Shown: positions 45,264 through 56,401, counted from the first letter of the stretch. The stretch is DNA of 64,000 bases from Gammaproteobacteria bacterium (GCA_965222155.1 CBDCTH010000004.1:544001-608000); one strand, 5' to 3'. The notes: generated by a model not told the origin, from the sequence alone. Translations and numbers: made by a program.

Positions 45264-45638
45264 TCAGTCAATCAGGAACAGCGCGGCAACGATCCGGCGG
45301 CCTTCTCCGGATAGAAAATTGAAGGCGCGGCAGGCTGCGCCGGTATCCATGATTTCGAATCCGATTTGCCGGAGGTAGAGAATTTCGCAGATTTCATCAG
45401 CCGGGAAAGCGAGCGTTTTGCCGCTGCCGAATAACACGACTTCCGGTTTGTGCTCAAGCATTGTCATGACGTGGGGCTGTGCCAGGGAGGCTACGTTATC
45501 CGGTAGTTTGTTATCAATTACCACATCCGGCGTGATGATGATGTTCGTTGTGTAAGGCTTGCCGGCAACGGTTATTGACCCGGCCCCATAGGCGTCAATT
45601 TTATGCTGGCCCGGATTGATATCAGCTTCGATTTTCAT
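45264..45638 (-). CDS. Mth938-like (DUF498) protein
   Basis: [30 protein letters not shown]. Confidence 0.88.
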   Translation of the reverse strand: MKIEADINPGQHKIDAYGAGSITVAGKPYTTNIIITPDVVIDNKLPDNVASLAQPHVMTMLEHKPEVVLFGSGKTLAFPADEICEILYLRQIGFEIMDTGAACRAFNFLSGEGRRIVAALFLID

Positions 45639-45698
45639 GATAGTAACAACAAACTGATTTATTATTCTACGAACATCAAAAATTCGGAAACCAACAAT

Positions 45699-46358
45699 AT
45701 GAGAATTCTATTATTAGGACCGCCGGGCGCCGGTAAGGGTACGCAGGCCGCTTTCATCAAAGACAAGTTTAACATACCGCAGATTTCAACCGGCGATATG
45801 TTACGCGCGGCAGTCAGGGCCGGTTCCCCCATGGGGCTTGGGGCAAAAAAGGTGATGGATGCCGGTGAACTGGTTTCCGACGGTTTAATCATGGGGCTGG
45901 TAAAAGAAAGAATCCGCCAGGATGATTGCAGCCAGGGGTACCTGTTTGACGGGTTCCCCAGGACCCTTGGCCAGGCCCGGGCAATGCAGCAGGAAAAGAT
46001 AGAAATAGACTGTGTTGTTGAGATTGTGGTAGCTGATGAGGAGATCATTAAACGGCTGAGTGGCCGGCGCGTTCATCCCGGCTCAGGACGTGTTTATCAC
46101 ATCGTGTTCAATCCGCCGCAACGGCCGGATATGGATGACGTCAGCGGCGAAGCGATCATTCAACGAGAGGACGACAAGGAAGATACGGTCAGGAAGCGCT
46201 TGCAGGTCTATCATGAGCAGACCGCACCGTTAATCCACTTCTACAGCGACATGAATGGTCGCAACGCGCCGGGCTATCTGCGTGTGGATGGAATCGGCGA
46301 CGTTCAGGAGGTGAGACGCAACCTGGTTGCCGGACTTGAAGCCCGTATATCCCGGTAA
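45699..46358 (+). CDS. adk: Adenylate kinase
   Basis: [31 protein letters not shown]. Confidence 0.97.
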   Translation: MRILLLGPPGAGKGTQAAFIKDKFNIPQISTGDMLRAAVRAGSPMGLGAKKVMDAGELVSDGLIMGLVKERIRQDDCSQGYLFDGFPRTLGQARAMQQEKIEIDCVVEIVVADEEIIKRLSGRRVHPGSGRVYHIVFNPPQRPDMDDVSGEAIIQREDDKEDTVRKRLQVYHEQTAPLIHFYSDMNGRNAPGYLRVDGIGDVQEVRRNLVAGLEARISR

Positions 46359-48619
46359 TGCCGTCAAAGCGCAAAGCGGGACAATCTGCACGTAAGTCAA
46401 AACGGCGTTCCAGCCATAAATTCTGGTACGTTCATTTTGCGCTTATCCTGATTTGCATAACCAGCGCTTATATCATCTGGCTGGATTATCGCATACAGTC
46501 GGAATTTGCCGGTAAACGCTGGTCTCTGCCCGCCCGCGTCTACGCCGGCCCGCTGGAGATATATGTCGGCCAGGCGTTGACAGCCGATAAAACCGAAAAA
46601 TTATTGATCAAGTCCGGCTATAGAAAAGTATCCGGCGTCAGACAATCGGGCACCTACAAGCGTGCGGCGTCCTATGTTGAGTTCAGGCAGCGTGAATTTC
46701 ACTTCTGGGATGGGATACAGGATAGCCGGCTTGTCCGGGTAGGCTTCACCAACCGGCAAGTCAAGGAGATTCTGGATTTAACCGGGGAACAGGTTCTCCC
46801 GTTGGTACGCCTCGAACCGGAACTGATCGGCAGGATCTATCCGGATAATTTCGAGGATCGAATACTGGTTAGCTATGATGACGTCCCCGCCTTTTTGATC
46901 AATGCCTTGCTGGCGGTGGAAGACCGCAATTATTTCAACCATAACGGTATTGATCTGAGGGGGATGTTGCGGGCTTTTTATCACAACGTCCTCAGGAGAC
47001 AATTTGAACAGGGAGGCAGTACCATCACCCAGCAGTTGGTAAAGAACTTTTTTTTAAATCGCGAGCGGACCCTGACCAGGAAGGCCAATGAGATCATTAT
47101 GGCATTGCTGCTGGAGCGACGCTATGGCAAGGAAGATATTCTTGCCGCATATATCAACGAGGTCTACCTGGGTCAACAAGGACAGCGCAGCGTGCATGGT
47201 TTCGGCACCGCTGCAGAGTTTTATTTTGCCAGGCCGCTGAACGAACTGCGCCCGGATCAGGTCGCCCTGCTGGTCGGTATGGTAAAAGGCGCCTCCTATT
47301 ATAATCCGAGGCGGCATCCCGACCGGGCCGGGCGCCGGCGTAACCTGGTGCTGGAGCTGATGTTCGAGCAAGGTTACCTGGATGAACAGACCCGTCGGCA
47401 AGCCCGGTTATTGCCGTTGGATTTGAGCGCCGGACCACGCTGGGTATCCGGCAAATACCCGGCATTTTTGCAACTTGTCAAGAGTCAGCTGTTGCGTGAA
47501 TATGATATTGAAGACCTGCGTAACAGGGGGTTGCGAATATATACTACACTGGATACCGAACGGCAGGACAGCACTGAGACGGTACTGCAACAACAGTTAC
47601 GAGAACTGGAACGGGCAAACTCCATGAAAGCAGGGACATTGCAGGCAGCCAGCATATTTGTGCAAAGCAGTAGCGGCGCGGTGTTGTCCCTGGCGGGCGA
47701 CAGGAATGCCGATTACGTCGGATTTAACCGCGCCATGCATGCAAAGCGGCCGATTGGCTCGTTGGTGAAGCCGTTTGTCTATTATACTGCCCTGACCGAA
47801 CCACAACAGTACTCGCTGATTTCCAGGGTGAGTGACAGTGATATATCCGTTAAACAGGCCGACGGTTCTTTTTGGCGCCCGGATAATTACGATGGCAGGA
47901 ACCACGGCCAGGTGAGTCTCCTGGAAGCCCTGGTCAAATCATATAATAAGGCAACCGTAAGACTGGGTCGCGAGGTTGGCCTGGAACGGGTCATTGCTAC
48001 ATTGAAAGAAGTCGGGGCCGGCAACGGCATTAAACCGTTTCCGGCGTTATTGCTCGGATCTCTCGAGTTGACTCCGTTACAGGTCAGCCAGCTATACCAG
48101 ACCCTGGCCAATGGCGGTTTTTTTGTTCCTGTCAACAGTATCAGGGAGGTTTTGGACAGCAACGGTAAAGCAGTGAAGCGGTATGCCCTGGAAGTGCGCC
48201 AGGCGCTACAGGCAGAGGCTGCCTTCCTGACCAGTTTCATGCTGGTACAGGCGGTCAACCACGGTAGCGGACGCGGCCTGAAGCGTATTATTCCGGCGCA
48301 ATTGCCCCTTGCCGGCAAAACCGGCACTACCAATGACCTGCGGGACAGTTGGTTTGCCGGTTTTGGTGACGATGTGACGGGTGTCGTGTGGCTGGGACGC
48401 GATGATAATAAACCGACCCGGTTCAGCGGCGCATCCGGCGCCTTGCGGATTTGGGCTAACATAGTCAAACGGCAGGGTATCAACAGTATCGAATTGTTAC
48501 CGCCTCCCGGTATCGGCTCACTGAACGCGGTAAATTTACCATTTGCCGGAGCCTGCATCAGATTTCCGTATATCCCCTATGTACTTGGGGCCAGACCCGG
48601 ACAGGTCGACAAATGTTAA
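46358..48619 (+). CDS. mrcB: Penicillin-binding protein 1B
   Basis: N-terminal TM, UB2H region, EDRNYFNH, GSTITQQLVKN, SLVK, SYN, KTG. Confidence 0.93.
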   Translation: MPSKRKAGQSARKSKRRSSHKFWYVHFALILICITSAYIIWLDYRIQSEFAGKRWSLPARVYAGPLEIYVGQALTADKTEKLLIKSGYRKVSGVRQSGTYKRAASYVEFRQREFHFWDGIQDSRLVRVGFTNRQVKEILDLTGEQVLPLVRLEPELIGRIYPDNFEDRILVSYDDVPAFLINALLAVEDRNYFNHNGIDLRGMLRAFYHNVLRRQFEQGGSTITQQLVKNFFLNRERTLTRKANEIIMALLLERRYGKEDILAAYINEVYLGQQGQRSVHGFGTAAEFYFARPLNELRPDQVALLVGMVKGASYYNPRRHPDRAGRRRNLVLELMFEQGYLDEQTRRQARLLPLDLSAGPRWVSGKYPAFLQLVKSQLLREYDIEDLRNRGLRIYTTLDTERQDSTETVLQQQLRELERANSMKAGTLQAASIFVQSSSGAVLSLAGDRNADYVGFNRAMHAKRPIGSLVKPFVYYTALTEPQQYSLISRVSDSDISVKQADGSFWRPDNYDGRNHGQVSLLEALVKSYNKATVRLGREVGLERVIATLKEVGAGNGIKPFPALLLGSLELTPLQVSQLYQTLANGGFFVPVNSIREVLDSNGKAVKRYALEVRQALQAEAAFLTSFMLVQAVNHGSGRGLKRIIPAQLPLAGKTGTTNDLRDSWFAGFGDDVTGVVWLGRDDNKPTRFSGASGALRIWANIVKRQGINSIELLPPPGIGSLNAVNLPFAGACIRFPYIPYVLGARPGQVDKC

Positions 48620-48654
48620 TAGTCATAAATAAACCCGGCCAACGAGGACAACTG

Positions 48655-49203
48655 ATGAATAAACAATACACGATACACTTTTTGATCGCCGCCCTGTTGT
48701 TTTGCGGCGCCTGCTCAACCGTGCAACAGGCGCCTGTGGTCGACAGGCAGGAGACGGACACTGCTACGGAGGCCGCTACTGAGCCGGCCGACAGTGCGCC
48801 CGCGGGTGCGCAGGTGGAGGAGGATGATAGCGGGACCTGGAGCGCGTTGCCCGAGCCTGAAAACGCGTTGCCGCCGGCAACAGTCGATACGCCGGCAGCG
48901 CCGGCGCCGGGACGGATCAGCAACAACCCCGCCGTGATTGCTTTGTTGGATGATACGGACCTCAGGCTCAGCCAGGGCAACGCTGAGGGCGCGCTAAGCG
49001 CCGTTGAACGAGCGTTGCGACTGGAGCCCAAGAACCCCTGGCTGTGGCGTCGCCTTGCGGTTTTGCGGTTACGCCAGGGACAATGGCGACAGGCTATTGC
49101 CCTGGCGGAAAAATCGAATTCCTTGTCGACCAGACACCCGGAGATACGATCGGCCAATGCAGAATTGATAAAACGGGCAAGGGAGCAGGACACAGGCAGG
49201 TGA
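48655..49203 (+). CDS. TPR lipoprotein (LpoP-like PBP1B activator)
   Basis: Lipobox CGAC, Pro/Ala-rich linker, TPR ERALRLEPKNPWLW; directly after mrcB. Confidence 0.72.
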   Translation: MNKQYTIHFLIAALLFCGACSTVQQAPVVDRQETDTATEAATEPADSAPAGAQVEEDDSGTWSALPEPENALPPATVDTPAAPAPGRISNNPAVIALLDDTDLRLSQGNAEGALSAVERALRLEPKNPWLWRRLAVLRLRQGQWRQAIALAEKSNSLSTRHPEIRSANAELIKRAREQDTGR

Positions 49204-49290
49204 TGGAGAACGGCACATCCATGTGCCACTACTATGTTTCGGGGGGACATTCCCGGCAGCGCTGAGATCCCTGAATTAGTGATATTTGAC

Positions 49291-49319
49291 TTGAAAAAAA
49301 TATCTGGGTGTTCTACCAT
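49291..49319 (+). promoter_or_regulatory. Putative sigma70 promoter of the tRNA-fMet-rimP operon
   Basis: TTGAAA-17 nt-TACCAT. Confidence 0.5.
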
Positions 49320-49331
49320 CCGTTATTCTAT

Positions 49332-49408
49332 TGCGGGGTGGAGCAGTCTGGCAGCTCGTCGGGCTCATAACCCGAAGGTCGCAGGTTCAAATCCTGCCCC
49401 CGCTACCA
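49332..49408 (+). tRNA. tRNA-fMet(CAT), initiator
   Basis: Unpaired 1:72 (U:U), GGG/CCC anticodon stem, CAT anticodon, CCA; position before rimP. Confidence 0.95.
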
Positions 49409-49501
49409 GATGTTGAGGACAGAAGTATTGAGGATCAAAAAAGGGGGCCGAAACCGGTATTGTGACAACAGGTGATGATATCGGTCAGGTGGGTTTTTAA
49501 G

Positions 49502-49525
49502 AAGTGGGCTTAATGCCCACTTTTT
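49502..49525 (+). promoter_or_regulatory. rimP-leader-type hairpin
   Basis: AAGTGGGC-TTAAT-GCCCACTTTTT. Confidence 0.55.
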
Positions 49526-49529
49526 GTTT

Positions 49530-49898
49530 TAGCCCGGATTTCTCACCAGGTGATGCGATGATCGCGCCGGATTTTTTGTGTCAGCGGGTGCCGGAGCCTG
49601 CCCCGTACTTGATACGGGGACCGAAAGCATAGCCGTAGCTATGGTTGAGGGACAAATCGTCAGGACTGACGATTTGCACGGCGACAGCCGCCCGCAGGGT
49701 TGCGCCCAGAGCCTGCCCCTGTATGGAGTTGAGCAGGGGGATGGGCGCAATGAACATGTACCCGCTGACACAAAAAAGACAAGCGAGGGCGCATCAAGCG
49801 CAGTCTGTAATGACGGAGTATTGAGAATATTACCATAACTTATTGACAGCAAACATGTTGCCGATAGCAACCAGCGACCTGGTGAGAAATCCGGGTTA
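49530..49898 (+). mobile_element. Family B element, copy 3, with nested insertions
   Basis: TTAG-CCCGGATTTCTCACCAGG ... CCTGGTGAGAAATCCGGG-TTAG; extra segments at 49593-49618 and 49653-49753 relative to other copies. Confidence 0.88.
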
Positions 49899-49939
49899 GA
49901 CCCCGGCAATCCCCGGTCGGATCCGGTCATGGTGAAAAC

Positions 49940-50398
49940 GTGTACAAACAAAGAGAGACCCTGGATGCGTTGTTAAAACCCGTGATTGTGGATTTGGGTT
50001 ATGTGTGCTGGGGAATTGAACACTTGAGGAAGGGCAACGTTTCACTGCTGCGTATTTATATTGACAGAGAGCCCGGGATTACACTGGAAGATTGTGTAAC
50101 AGTGAGCAACCGGGTATCCGGCATACTGGATGTTGAAGATCCAATCGCCGGTGAATACCAGCTGGAAGTTTCATCACCTGGTTTGGACCGGCTGTTATTT
50201 ACCCCGACCCAGTATGAACAGTTTATTGGAGAGACGGTAAAAATCAACTTATCCGGGACCTATGAACAGCGCAAACGCATTACAGGTCGTATAGAAAGAG
50301 TAACTGGAGAGACGGTTATCCTGAATGAGGCGGGCAAGGAATTCCATATTCCTCTGGATGAAATAGACAAGGCAAGAATAGTACCCCGGGAGTATTAA
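49940..50398 (+). CDS. rimP: Ribosome maturation factor RimP
   Basis: LRIYID, LDVEDPI..YQLEVSSPGLDR. Confidence 0.96.
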   Translation: MYKQRETLDALLKPVIVDLGYVCWGIEHLRKGNVSLLRIYIDREPGITLEDCVTVSNRVSGILDVEDPIAGEYQLEVSSPGLDRLLFTPTQYEQFIGETVKINLSGTYEQRKRITGRIERVTGETVILNEAGKEFHIPLDEIDKARIVPREY

Positions 50399-50410
50399 TG
50401 AGTTATTTCA

Positions 50411-51916
50411 ATGAATAAAGAAATTTTGATGGTAGTGGACGTGGTGTGCAACGAAAAAGGCGTTGCCAAGGAGATCATATTCGAAGCCATTGAAGCTGCG
50501 TTGGCCAGTGCAACGAAAAAACGCTCGCGTGAAGATATCGAAGTGCGGGTCGCCATCGACCATGAAACAGGCGACTATGAAACGTTCAGGCAATGGGAGG
50601 TGGTTGAAGACAACCCGGAACCCCTGGAGTTTCCCACCCGCCAGATCCAGCTGTCTGACGCTACGGCAAAAGAAAATGACATAGAGGCCGAAGATTTTAT
50701 CGAGGAACCCATGATGTCGGTCGAGTTCGGCAGGATCGCAGCGCAAAGCGCAAAACAGGTGATTATGCAGAAGGTACGCGAAGCTGAGCGTAAGCAGGTC
50801 TTTGATGCGTATATCGATCGGGTCGGCGAGATGGTCATCGGTTTTGTGAAAAAGGTGGAAAGGGGCAATGTCTTCCTGGATTTGGGCGGTAATGCCGAAG
50901 GGTTCATACCCAGAGATGAAATGATCCCGAGGGAAGCGGTCAGGCCACGGGATCAGATCCGGGCTTATTTACGTGAAGTGAAACCTGAAAACAGGGGACC
51001 GCAGTTATTTCTGAGCCGGACGGCTGCGGAGTTGCTGATTGAACTGTTCAAAATCGAGGTGCCTGAGATCAATGAAGGTCTGATCGAGATTATCAATGGC
51101 GCACGCGACCCGGGTTCCAGGGCAAAAATTGCGGTAAAAGCCAATGATCCCAGGATTGACCCGATTGGCGCCTGCGTCGGGATGAGAGGCTCAAGGGTAC
51201 AGGCAGTTTCCAATGCGCTGGGTGGTGAGCGGGTCGATATCATACCCTGGGACGAGAATCCCGCACAATTTGTCATTAATGCCATGGCGCCGGCTGAGGT
51301 GGTATCAATACTGGTCGATGAGGACAGCCACAGCATGGACGTTGCAGTGTCCGAGGAGAACCTGTCGCAGGCGATTGGCCGAGGCGGCCAGAATGTCAAG
51401 CTTGCCAGTGAATTGACGCGCTGGGAACTGAATGTCATGTCGGTTGAGCAGGCGGATCAGAAGACTGAATCCGAGGCACAGGTGCTGCAGAAGATGTTTA
51501 TGGAAGAGTTGGATGTGGATGAAGAAATCGCAGTCATCCTGGTACAGGAGGGATTTTCCAGTGTTGAAGAAATAGCGTATGTCCCCGAGAATGAGATGGT
51601 GGATATAGAAGAGTTTGATGAAGATTTGATAAGGGAACTGCGCGACCGCGCCCGGGATATCATGCTGACCCGCGCCATCGTCAACGAGGAAAAACTGGCG
51701 GACGTCAAGCCGGCAGACGACTTATTGGAGATGGAAGGTATGGATGAGGCATTAGCTTATGAGCTGGCCGTGCGCGGCGTGGTCACCATGGAAGACCTGG
51801 CTGAAAAATCAGTAGATGAATTGGTTGAAATCGAGGGCCTGGATAAAGTCCGGGCAGGTCAACTGATTATGACCGCGCGTATTCCCTGGTTTGCAGCGGA
51901 AGAAATCAACGGTTAG
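50411..51916 (+). CDS. nusA: Transcription termination/antitermination factor NusA
   Basis: MNKEIL, FGRIAAQSAKQ, ACVGMRGSRV, AIGRGGQNV. Confidence 0.98.
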   Translation: MNKEILMVVDVVCNEKGVAKEIIFEAIEAALASATKKRSREDIEVRVAIDHETGDYETFRQWEVVEDNPEPLEFPTRQIQLSDATAKENDIEAEDFIEEPMMSVEFGRIAAQSAKQVIMQKVREAERKQVFDAYIDRVGEMVIGFVKKVERGNVFLDLGGNAEGFIPRDEMIPREAVRPRDQIRAYLREVKPENRGPQLFLSRTAAELLIELFKIEVPEINEGLIEIINGARDPGSRAKIAVKANDPRIDPIGACVGMRGSRVQAVSNALGGERVDIIPWDENPAQFVINAMAPAEVVSILVDEDSHSMDVAVSEENLSQAIGRGGQNVKLASELTRWELNVMSVEQADQKTESEAQVLQKMFMEELDVDEEIAVILVQEGFSSVEEIAYVPENEMVDIEEFDEDLIRELRDRARDIMLTRAIVNEEKLADVKPADDLLEMEGMDEALAYELAVRGVVTMEDLAEKSVDELVEIEGLDKVRAGQLIMTARIPWFAAEEING

Positions 51917-51920
51917 AGGA

Positions 51921-52165
51921 TGGCTCGCATTTCTTGCCAGGTGATGCGATGATTGCGCCGGATTTTTTCTGTCTGCGGGTGCCTGCGACCGAAAGCATAA
52001 TGGTACTTATGGTTGAGGGAGCACGTGCCCGCAGACAGAAAAAAGACAAGCAAGGGCGCATCAAGCGCAGTCAGTAAGAGCGAGATAGTAAAGAATGTAT
52101 ATTAACTCATTGACAAAGAATGAATATCAGGCGGCATCCAGCGGCCTGGTAAGAAATGCGAGCTA
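51921..52165 (+). mobile_element. Family B structured MITE-like element, copy 4
   Basis: GGCTCGCATTTCTTGCCAGG ... CCTGGTAAGAAATGCGAGCT; fills almost the whole nusA-infB gap. Confidence 0.85.
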
Positions 52166-52168
52166 AAT

Positions 52169-54724
52169 ATGCCTGAAGTAACGGTAAAACAGTATGCGGA
52201 GGTTATTCGGATTCCGGTAGAAAAGTTGCTTGAGCAACTTGAAGATGCCGGTCTGGCGGGCAAGACCGCGAATGACTGGATCTCGGATAATGAGAAGACG
52301 GAACTGCTGGGATACCTACGGCGCAAACATGGGAAGGAGAGTCAAGCCGGTCCGGAAAGAATAACCCTGAAAAGGAAAACCATGAGTGAGATCAAAATGC
52401 CGGCCTCCGGTGTGGGCAGCCGGAGCAAGATACGCTCGAAAACCATCAGCGTGGAAGTCAGAAAACGCCGAACCTACATCAAGCGCAGCGTAATAGAGGA
52501 GGAGGCCCTGAAAAGGACGCAGGAGGCCGAAGAGCAACAGGCAAAGGCTGAGGCGGAGGAACTGGCCCGTCAGGAGGCGGAGAAGGAAGCAGCCGCGAAA
52601 CTGGAAGAACAGGCAGCAGCAGTCGAAAGTCCGCAACCGGCCGCTCCGGTGGAAACGAAATCCGGGCAAGCCGAGCAACCCGACATTGTCTCTGAACCGG
52701 AACCTGAGGAAGAAAGTATCAGGCATGACTTGCAGGACGGAGAGACGCCGCAACCCCTTGTGGAAGTAACAGAACAGCAGGCGGACGCCGCGCCTGAGGC
52801 GCCTGCAGACCCGCCGCCGGCGCAGGTCGAAAATGAAAAACCTGCCCGGATTCAGCGTGAGGAATTACATGTATCTTCCGGTAAATCCGGCCGCAGAAAG
52901 AAAAAGCGAAGACCGAGGCAGGTAGTCAAAAGACCGGCGCAACACGCGTTTGAAAAGCCTACTGCGCCTATCGTCCGGGAAGTTGAGATACCGGAAAGTA
53001 TCACAGTTTCCGAGTTGGCTCAGCGCATGTCAGTAAAGAGCACTGAGGTCATCAAGGCGATGATGAACCTGGGTAGTATGGTCACCATCAACCAGATGAT
53101 CGATCAGGAAACGGCTGCCATCGTTGCGGAGGAAATGGGCCATAAGGCTAAAATGCTCAAGGAAAACGCGCTGGAAGAAGAAATTATTCAGACGGGCCGT
53201 ACCCAGGGGGATGAAATTACCCGCGCACCGGTAGTGACAATCATGGGCCACGTTGACCATGGCAAAACATCATTGCTTGATTTTATCAGGCACAGCAAGG
53301 TTGCCGCGGGCGAAGCAGGAGGCGTGACCCAACACATCGGCGCCTATAGCGTCAAGACGGAAAACGGCAACATCACTTTCCTGGATACTCCCGGGCACGA
53401 GGCGTTTACAGCAATGCGTGCGCGCGGAGCCAAAGTGACGGATATTGTTATCCTGGTGGTTGCTGCGGATGACGGCGTAATGCCGCAGACTGAAGAAGCT
53501 ATCCGACATGCCCGGGCCGGTTCTGTTCCGCTGATTGTAGCGATAAATAAAACTGATAAACCCGAGGCCGATCCGGATCGCGTAAAACAGGAATTATCCA
53601 AATTCGAGGTGATTCCGGAAGAGTGGGGCGGCGATACCATGTTTGTTAACCTCTCTGCAAAAACGGGTGAAGGGGTTGATAGTTTGCTCGACAGCATCTC
53701 GATACAGGCCGAAGTTCTGGAACTCAAAGCAGTGCCGAGCTGGCCTGCTTCAGGTACGGTCATTGAGGCAAGGTTGGACAAAGGGAGGGGTCCTGTTGCC
53801 ACCGTGCTCGTACAAAATGGCGAGTTGCAGAGGGGTGATATGATCCTTACCGGCCATGAATTTGGCAGGGTTCGCGCAATGCATGACCAAAACAGCGCTG
53901 AAGTGCCGGTGGCCGGGCCCTCTATCCCTGTGGAGGTCCTGGGCCTGTCAGGTACGCCCAAAGCCGGTGACGATATGATAGTCGTACCCGATGAACGCAA
54001 GGCCAGGGAAATAGCGCTGTTTCGCCAGGGCAAATACAGGGAAGTCAAGCTGGCAAAACAACAGGCATCCAAGGCAAAGGATGCGATCACACGGATGAAT
54101 GACGCCGATGGCGTTGCGGTAAACGTACTTATCAAGGCAGACGTCCAGGGTTCGTCAGAAGCCTTGTCGGAAGCGCTGCAGAAACTATCCGGGGATGAAG
54201 TGTCGGTCAATATCATCAGCACCGGCGTCGGCGGAATAACTGAATCGGACATAAACCTGGCGTTGGCTTCAAACGGCAAGGTAATCGGGTTTAATGTCCG
54301 GGTGGACGGCGCGGCCAGAAAACTGGTTGATGAAGAAGGAGTGGACTTACGTTACTACAGTGTCATCTATGATGTCATCGATGACGTGAAGGCGGCGATT
54401 AACGGTTTGTTAGCGCCGGAAGTGAGGGAGCAAATCGTCGGTATTGCGGAAGTAAAAGAGGTGTTCCGTTCTCCTGCTCTCGGAGAGATCGCCGGTTGTA
54501 TCGTATCCAGCGGCCTGGTGCGCAAAGCCAATCCGATACGGGTGCTGCGGGACAATGTAGTTATCTATGAAGGGCAACTTGAGTCGTTAAGGCGTTTCAA
54601 GGATGACGTAAATGAGGTCAAATCCGGTACTGAGTGTGGCATTGGCGTGAAAAATTACAACGATGTAAAACCGGGCGACCAGATCGAAGTATTTGAACGG
54701 ATCGAAATCGAACGTAATATTTAG
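52169..54724 (+). CDS. infB: Translation initiation factor IF-2
   Basis: [25 protein letters not shown]. Confidence 0.98.
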   Translation: MPEVTVKQYAEVIRIPVEKLLEQLEDAGLAGKTANDWISDNEKTELLGYLRRKHGKESQAGPERITLKRKTMSEIKMPASGVGSRSKIRSKTISVEVRKRRTYIKRSVIEEEALKRTQEAEEQQAKAEAEELARQEAEKEAAAKLEEQAAAVESPQPAAPVETKSGQAEQPDIVSEPEPEEESIRHDLQDGETPQPLVEVTEQQADAAPEAPADPPPAQVENEKPARIQREELHVSSGKSGRRKKKRRPRQVVKRPAQHAFEKPTAPIVREVEIPESITVSELAQRMSVKSTEVIKAMMNLGSMVTINQMIDQETAAIVAEEMGHKAKMLKENALEEEIIQTGRTQGDEITRAPVVTIMGHVDHGKTSLLDFIRHSKVAAGEAGGVTQHIGAYSVKTENGNITFLDTPGHEAFTAMRARGAKVTDIVILVVAADDGVMPQTEEAIRHARAGSVPLIVAINKTDKPEADPDRVKQELSKFEVIPEEWGGDTMFVNLSAKTGEGVDSLLDSISIQAEVLELKAVPSWPASGTVIEARLDKGRGPVATVLVQNGELQRGDMILTGHEFGRVRAMHDQNSAEVPVAGPSIPVEVLGLSGTPKAGDDMIVVPDERKAREIALFRQGKYREVKLAKQQASKAKDAITRMNDADGVAVNVLIKADVQGSSEALSEALQKLSGDEVSVNIISTGVGGITESDINLALASNGKVIGFNVRVDGAARKLVDEEGVDLRYYSVIYDVIDDVKAAINGLLAPEVREQIVGIAEVKEVFRSPALGEIAGCIVSSGLVRKANPIRVLRDNVVIYEGQLESLRRFKDDVNEVKSGTECGIGVKNYNDVKPGDQIEVFERIEIERNI

Positions 54725-54734
54725 TCAGTAACTG

Positions 54735-55094
54735 ATGGCGCGTGAATTTGGTCGGAATCAGCGCGTTGCGGACTCGCTGCAACGCGAAATCGCGTTATTG
54801 CTGCAAAAGGAGGTGTCGATCAAGGAAGTAGGATTGATTACGGTGTCGTTTGTTGACGTCAGCCCCGACCTCAAAAATGCCAGTATTTATTTTACCTGTC
54901 TGCAACCCGCCTGCACCGAGGATGTTATCGTGAAATTACTGAATGAAAGAGCCGGGCATTTCCGCTACCTGCTGGCGCAGGTCCTGCCGTTGCGGGCAGT
55001 ACCGCAACTGGCCTTCCGCCTGGACCACGCCCTTAACCGTGCAAACCGATTGACGGAACTCATAGATCGCGCCATTAAAAAGCCTGCGGAATAA
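54735..55094 (+). CDS. rbfA: Ribosome-binding factor A
   Basis: RNQRVADSLQRE, VDVSPDL, VPQLAF; synteny. Confidence 0.93.
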   Translation: MAREFGRNQRVADSLQREIALLLQKEVSIKEVGLITVSFVDVSPDLKNASIYFTCLQPACTEDVIVKLLNERAGHFRYLLAQVLPLRAVPQLAFRLDHALNRANRLTELIDRAIKKPAE

Positions 55095-55314
55095 TTTCAG
55101 CCACAGAGGACACAGAGATCACAGAGATCACAGAGATCACAGAGTGGATCGAGAACCTTGTCAAGATACGGGTAACCTTTATATTTATCGTTATCTTAAT
55201 GGCGCCATCGGGTATATCTTTAAAACGGGTCCTGTTAATCACCTGCCGCAATCAAACGACACGAAGCCATTGAACCCTAATCTCTTTTATCTCTGTGTCC
55301 TGTGTGGCTGAAAT
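55094..55314. repeat. Family A element with expanded 9-mer tract
   Basis: ATTTCAGCCACAGAGGA-(CACAGAGAT)x3-CACAGAG ... ATCTCTGTGTCCTGTGTGGCTGAAAT. Confidence 0.88.
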
Positions 55315-55320
55315 AATATC

Positions 55321-56244
55321 ATGGCTCGAAGAAGCGAAGTAAAAGGCCGCAACGTCAAAGGAATACTGCTGCTGGATAAACCGGTGGGATTGACTTCCAA
55401 TGCCGCGTTGCAAAAAGTGAAGTCCCTGTACCAGGCAAAAAAAGCGGGACATACCGGCAGCCTGGATAAAGCCGCGTCCGGCCTGTTGCCGTTATGCTTT
55501 GGCGAGGCAACGAAATTTTCAGGTTTTTTGCTTAATGCCGATAAGCATTATCGCACAATTTTTCAGCTGGGCATTCAGACCAGCACCGGCGATGCAGAAG
55601 GCGAGGTCGTATATCGAGGCGCCCTGCAGAAATATACGCGTAAACGCATAGAGGCGGCTCTGGCAGGGTTTCAGGGTACTGTCCTGCAAGTCCCTCCCAT
55701 GTTTTCAGCGCTGAAACATAAGGGACAGAGGCTGTATAAACTGGCTTATCAAGGGCTGGAGGTGGACAGAGAACCCCGGGAAATTACCGTGCACAGCATA
55801 ACCCTTCTTGATTACCGGGACGACGAGTTGGAACTGGAGATATTGTGTTCCAAGGGGACTTATATCCGGACACTGGCTGAAGACATCGGCAAGGAACTGG
55901 GTTGTGGGGCGCACGTAAAATCACTGAGGCGTATCGGCGTCGGGCCTTATTCTGATGAACACATGCTGGCCCTGCCTGAGTTGGAAAACATTGCTGAAAC
56001 CGGGCTGTCCGGCCTGGATGCTGAATTGCTGGGTATTGATTCCGTCCTGCAGGATATGCCGTCCATCCACCTGGTCGACTCCGTTGCCTTTTATTTATGC
56101 CAGGGTCAGCCGGTCATGGTGCCGAAGGCGCCGACCCACGGAATGTTGCGGATTTACACCGAGGACAAGCGTTTTTTGGGGGTAGGCGAGGTGCTTGAGG
56201 ATGGCCGCGTAGCGCCGAAACGACTGGTTGCATCCGAGAAATAA
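55321..56244 (+). CDS. truB: tRNA pseudouridine(55) synthase
   Basis: LLDKP, GHTGSLD, CSKGTYIR. Confidence 0.96.
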   Translation: MARRSEVKGRNVKGILLLDKPVGLTSNAALQKVKSLYQAKKAGHTGSLDKAASGLLPLCFGEATKFSGFLLNADKHYRTIFQLGIQTSTGDAEGEVVYRGALQKYTRKRIEAALAGFQGTVLQVPPMFSALKHKGQRLYKLAYQGLEVDREPREITVHSITLLDYRDDELELEILCSKGTYIRTLAEDIGKELGCGAHVKSLRRIGVGPYSDEHMLALPELENIAETGLSGLDAELLGIDSVLQDMPSIHLVDSVAFYLCQGQPVMVPKAPTHGMLRIYTEDKRFLGVGEVLEDGRVAPKRLVASEK

Positions 56245-56271
56245 TGCGCCACACCCGTGGGTAATTATAGG

Positions 56272-56367
56272 ACAGGTAATTATGGGGACACAATACTTAA
56301 TTCATTTAGAGGGGTAAATCTGCCCCCTTTTCCGCAGAATTAAGTATTGTGTCCCCATAATTCCTGT
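56272..56367. repeat. REP-like long inverted repeat
   Basis: 26-bp perfect IR AATTATGGGGACACAATACTTAATTC / GAATTAAGTATTGTGTCCCCATAATT. Confidence 0.82.
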
Positions 56368-56401
56368 GCGCCAAACAAAATTTAATTTTTTAATGTTTTT
56401 C

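Noticed and set aside
49332-49408. U1:U72 instead of C1:A72 in the initiator tRNA
   Set aside because: Still a 1:72 mismatch, which is what formylation requires; not unusual enough
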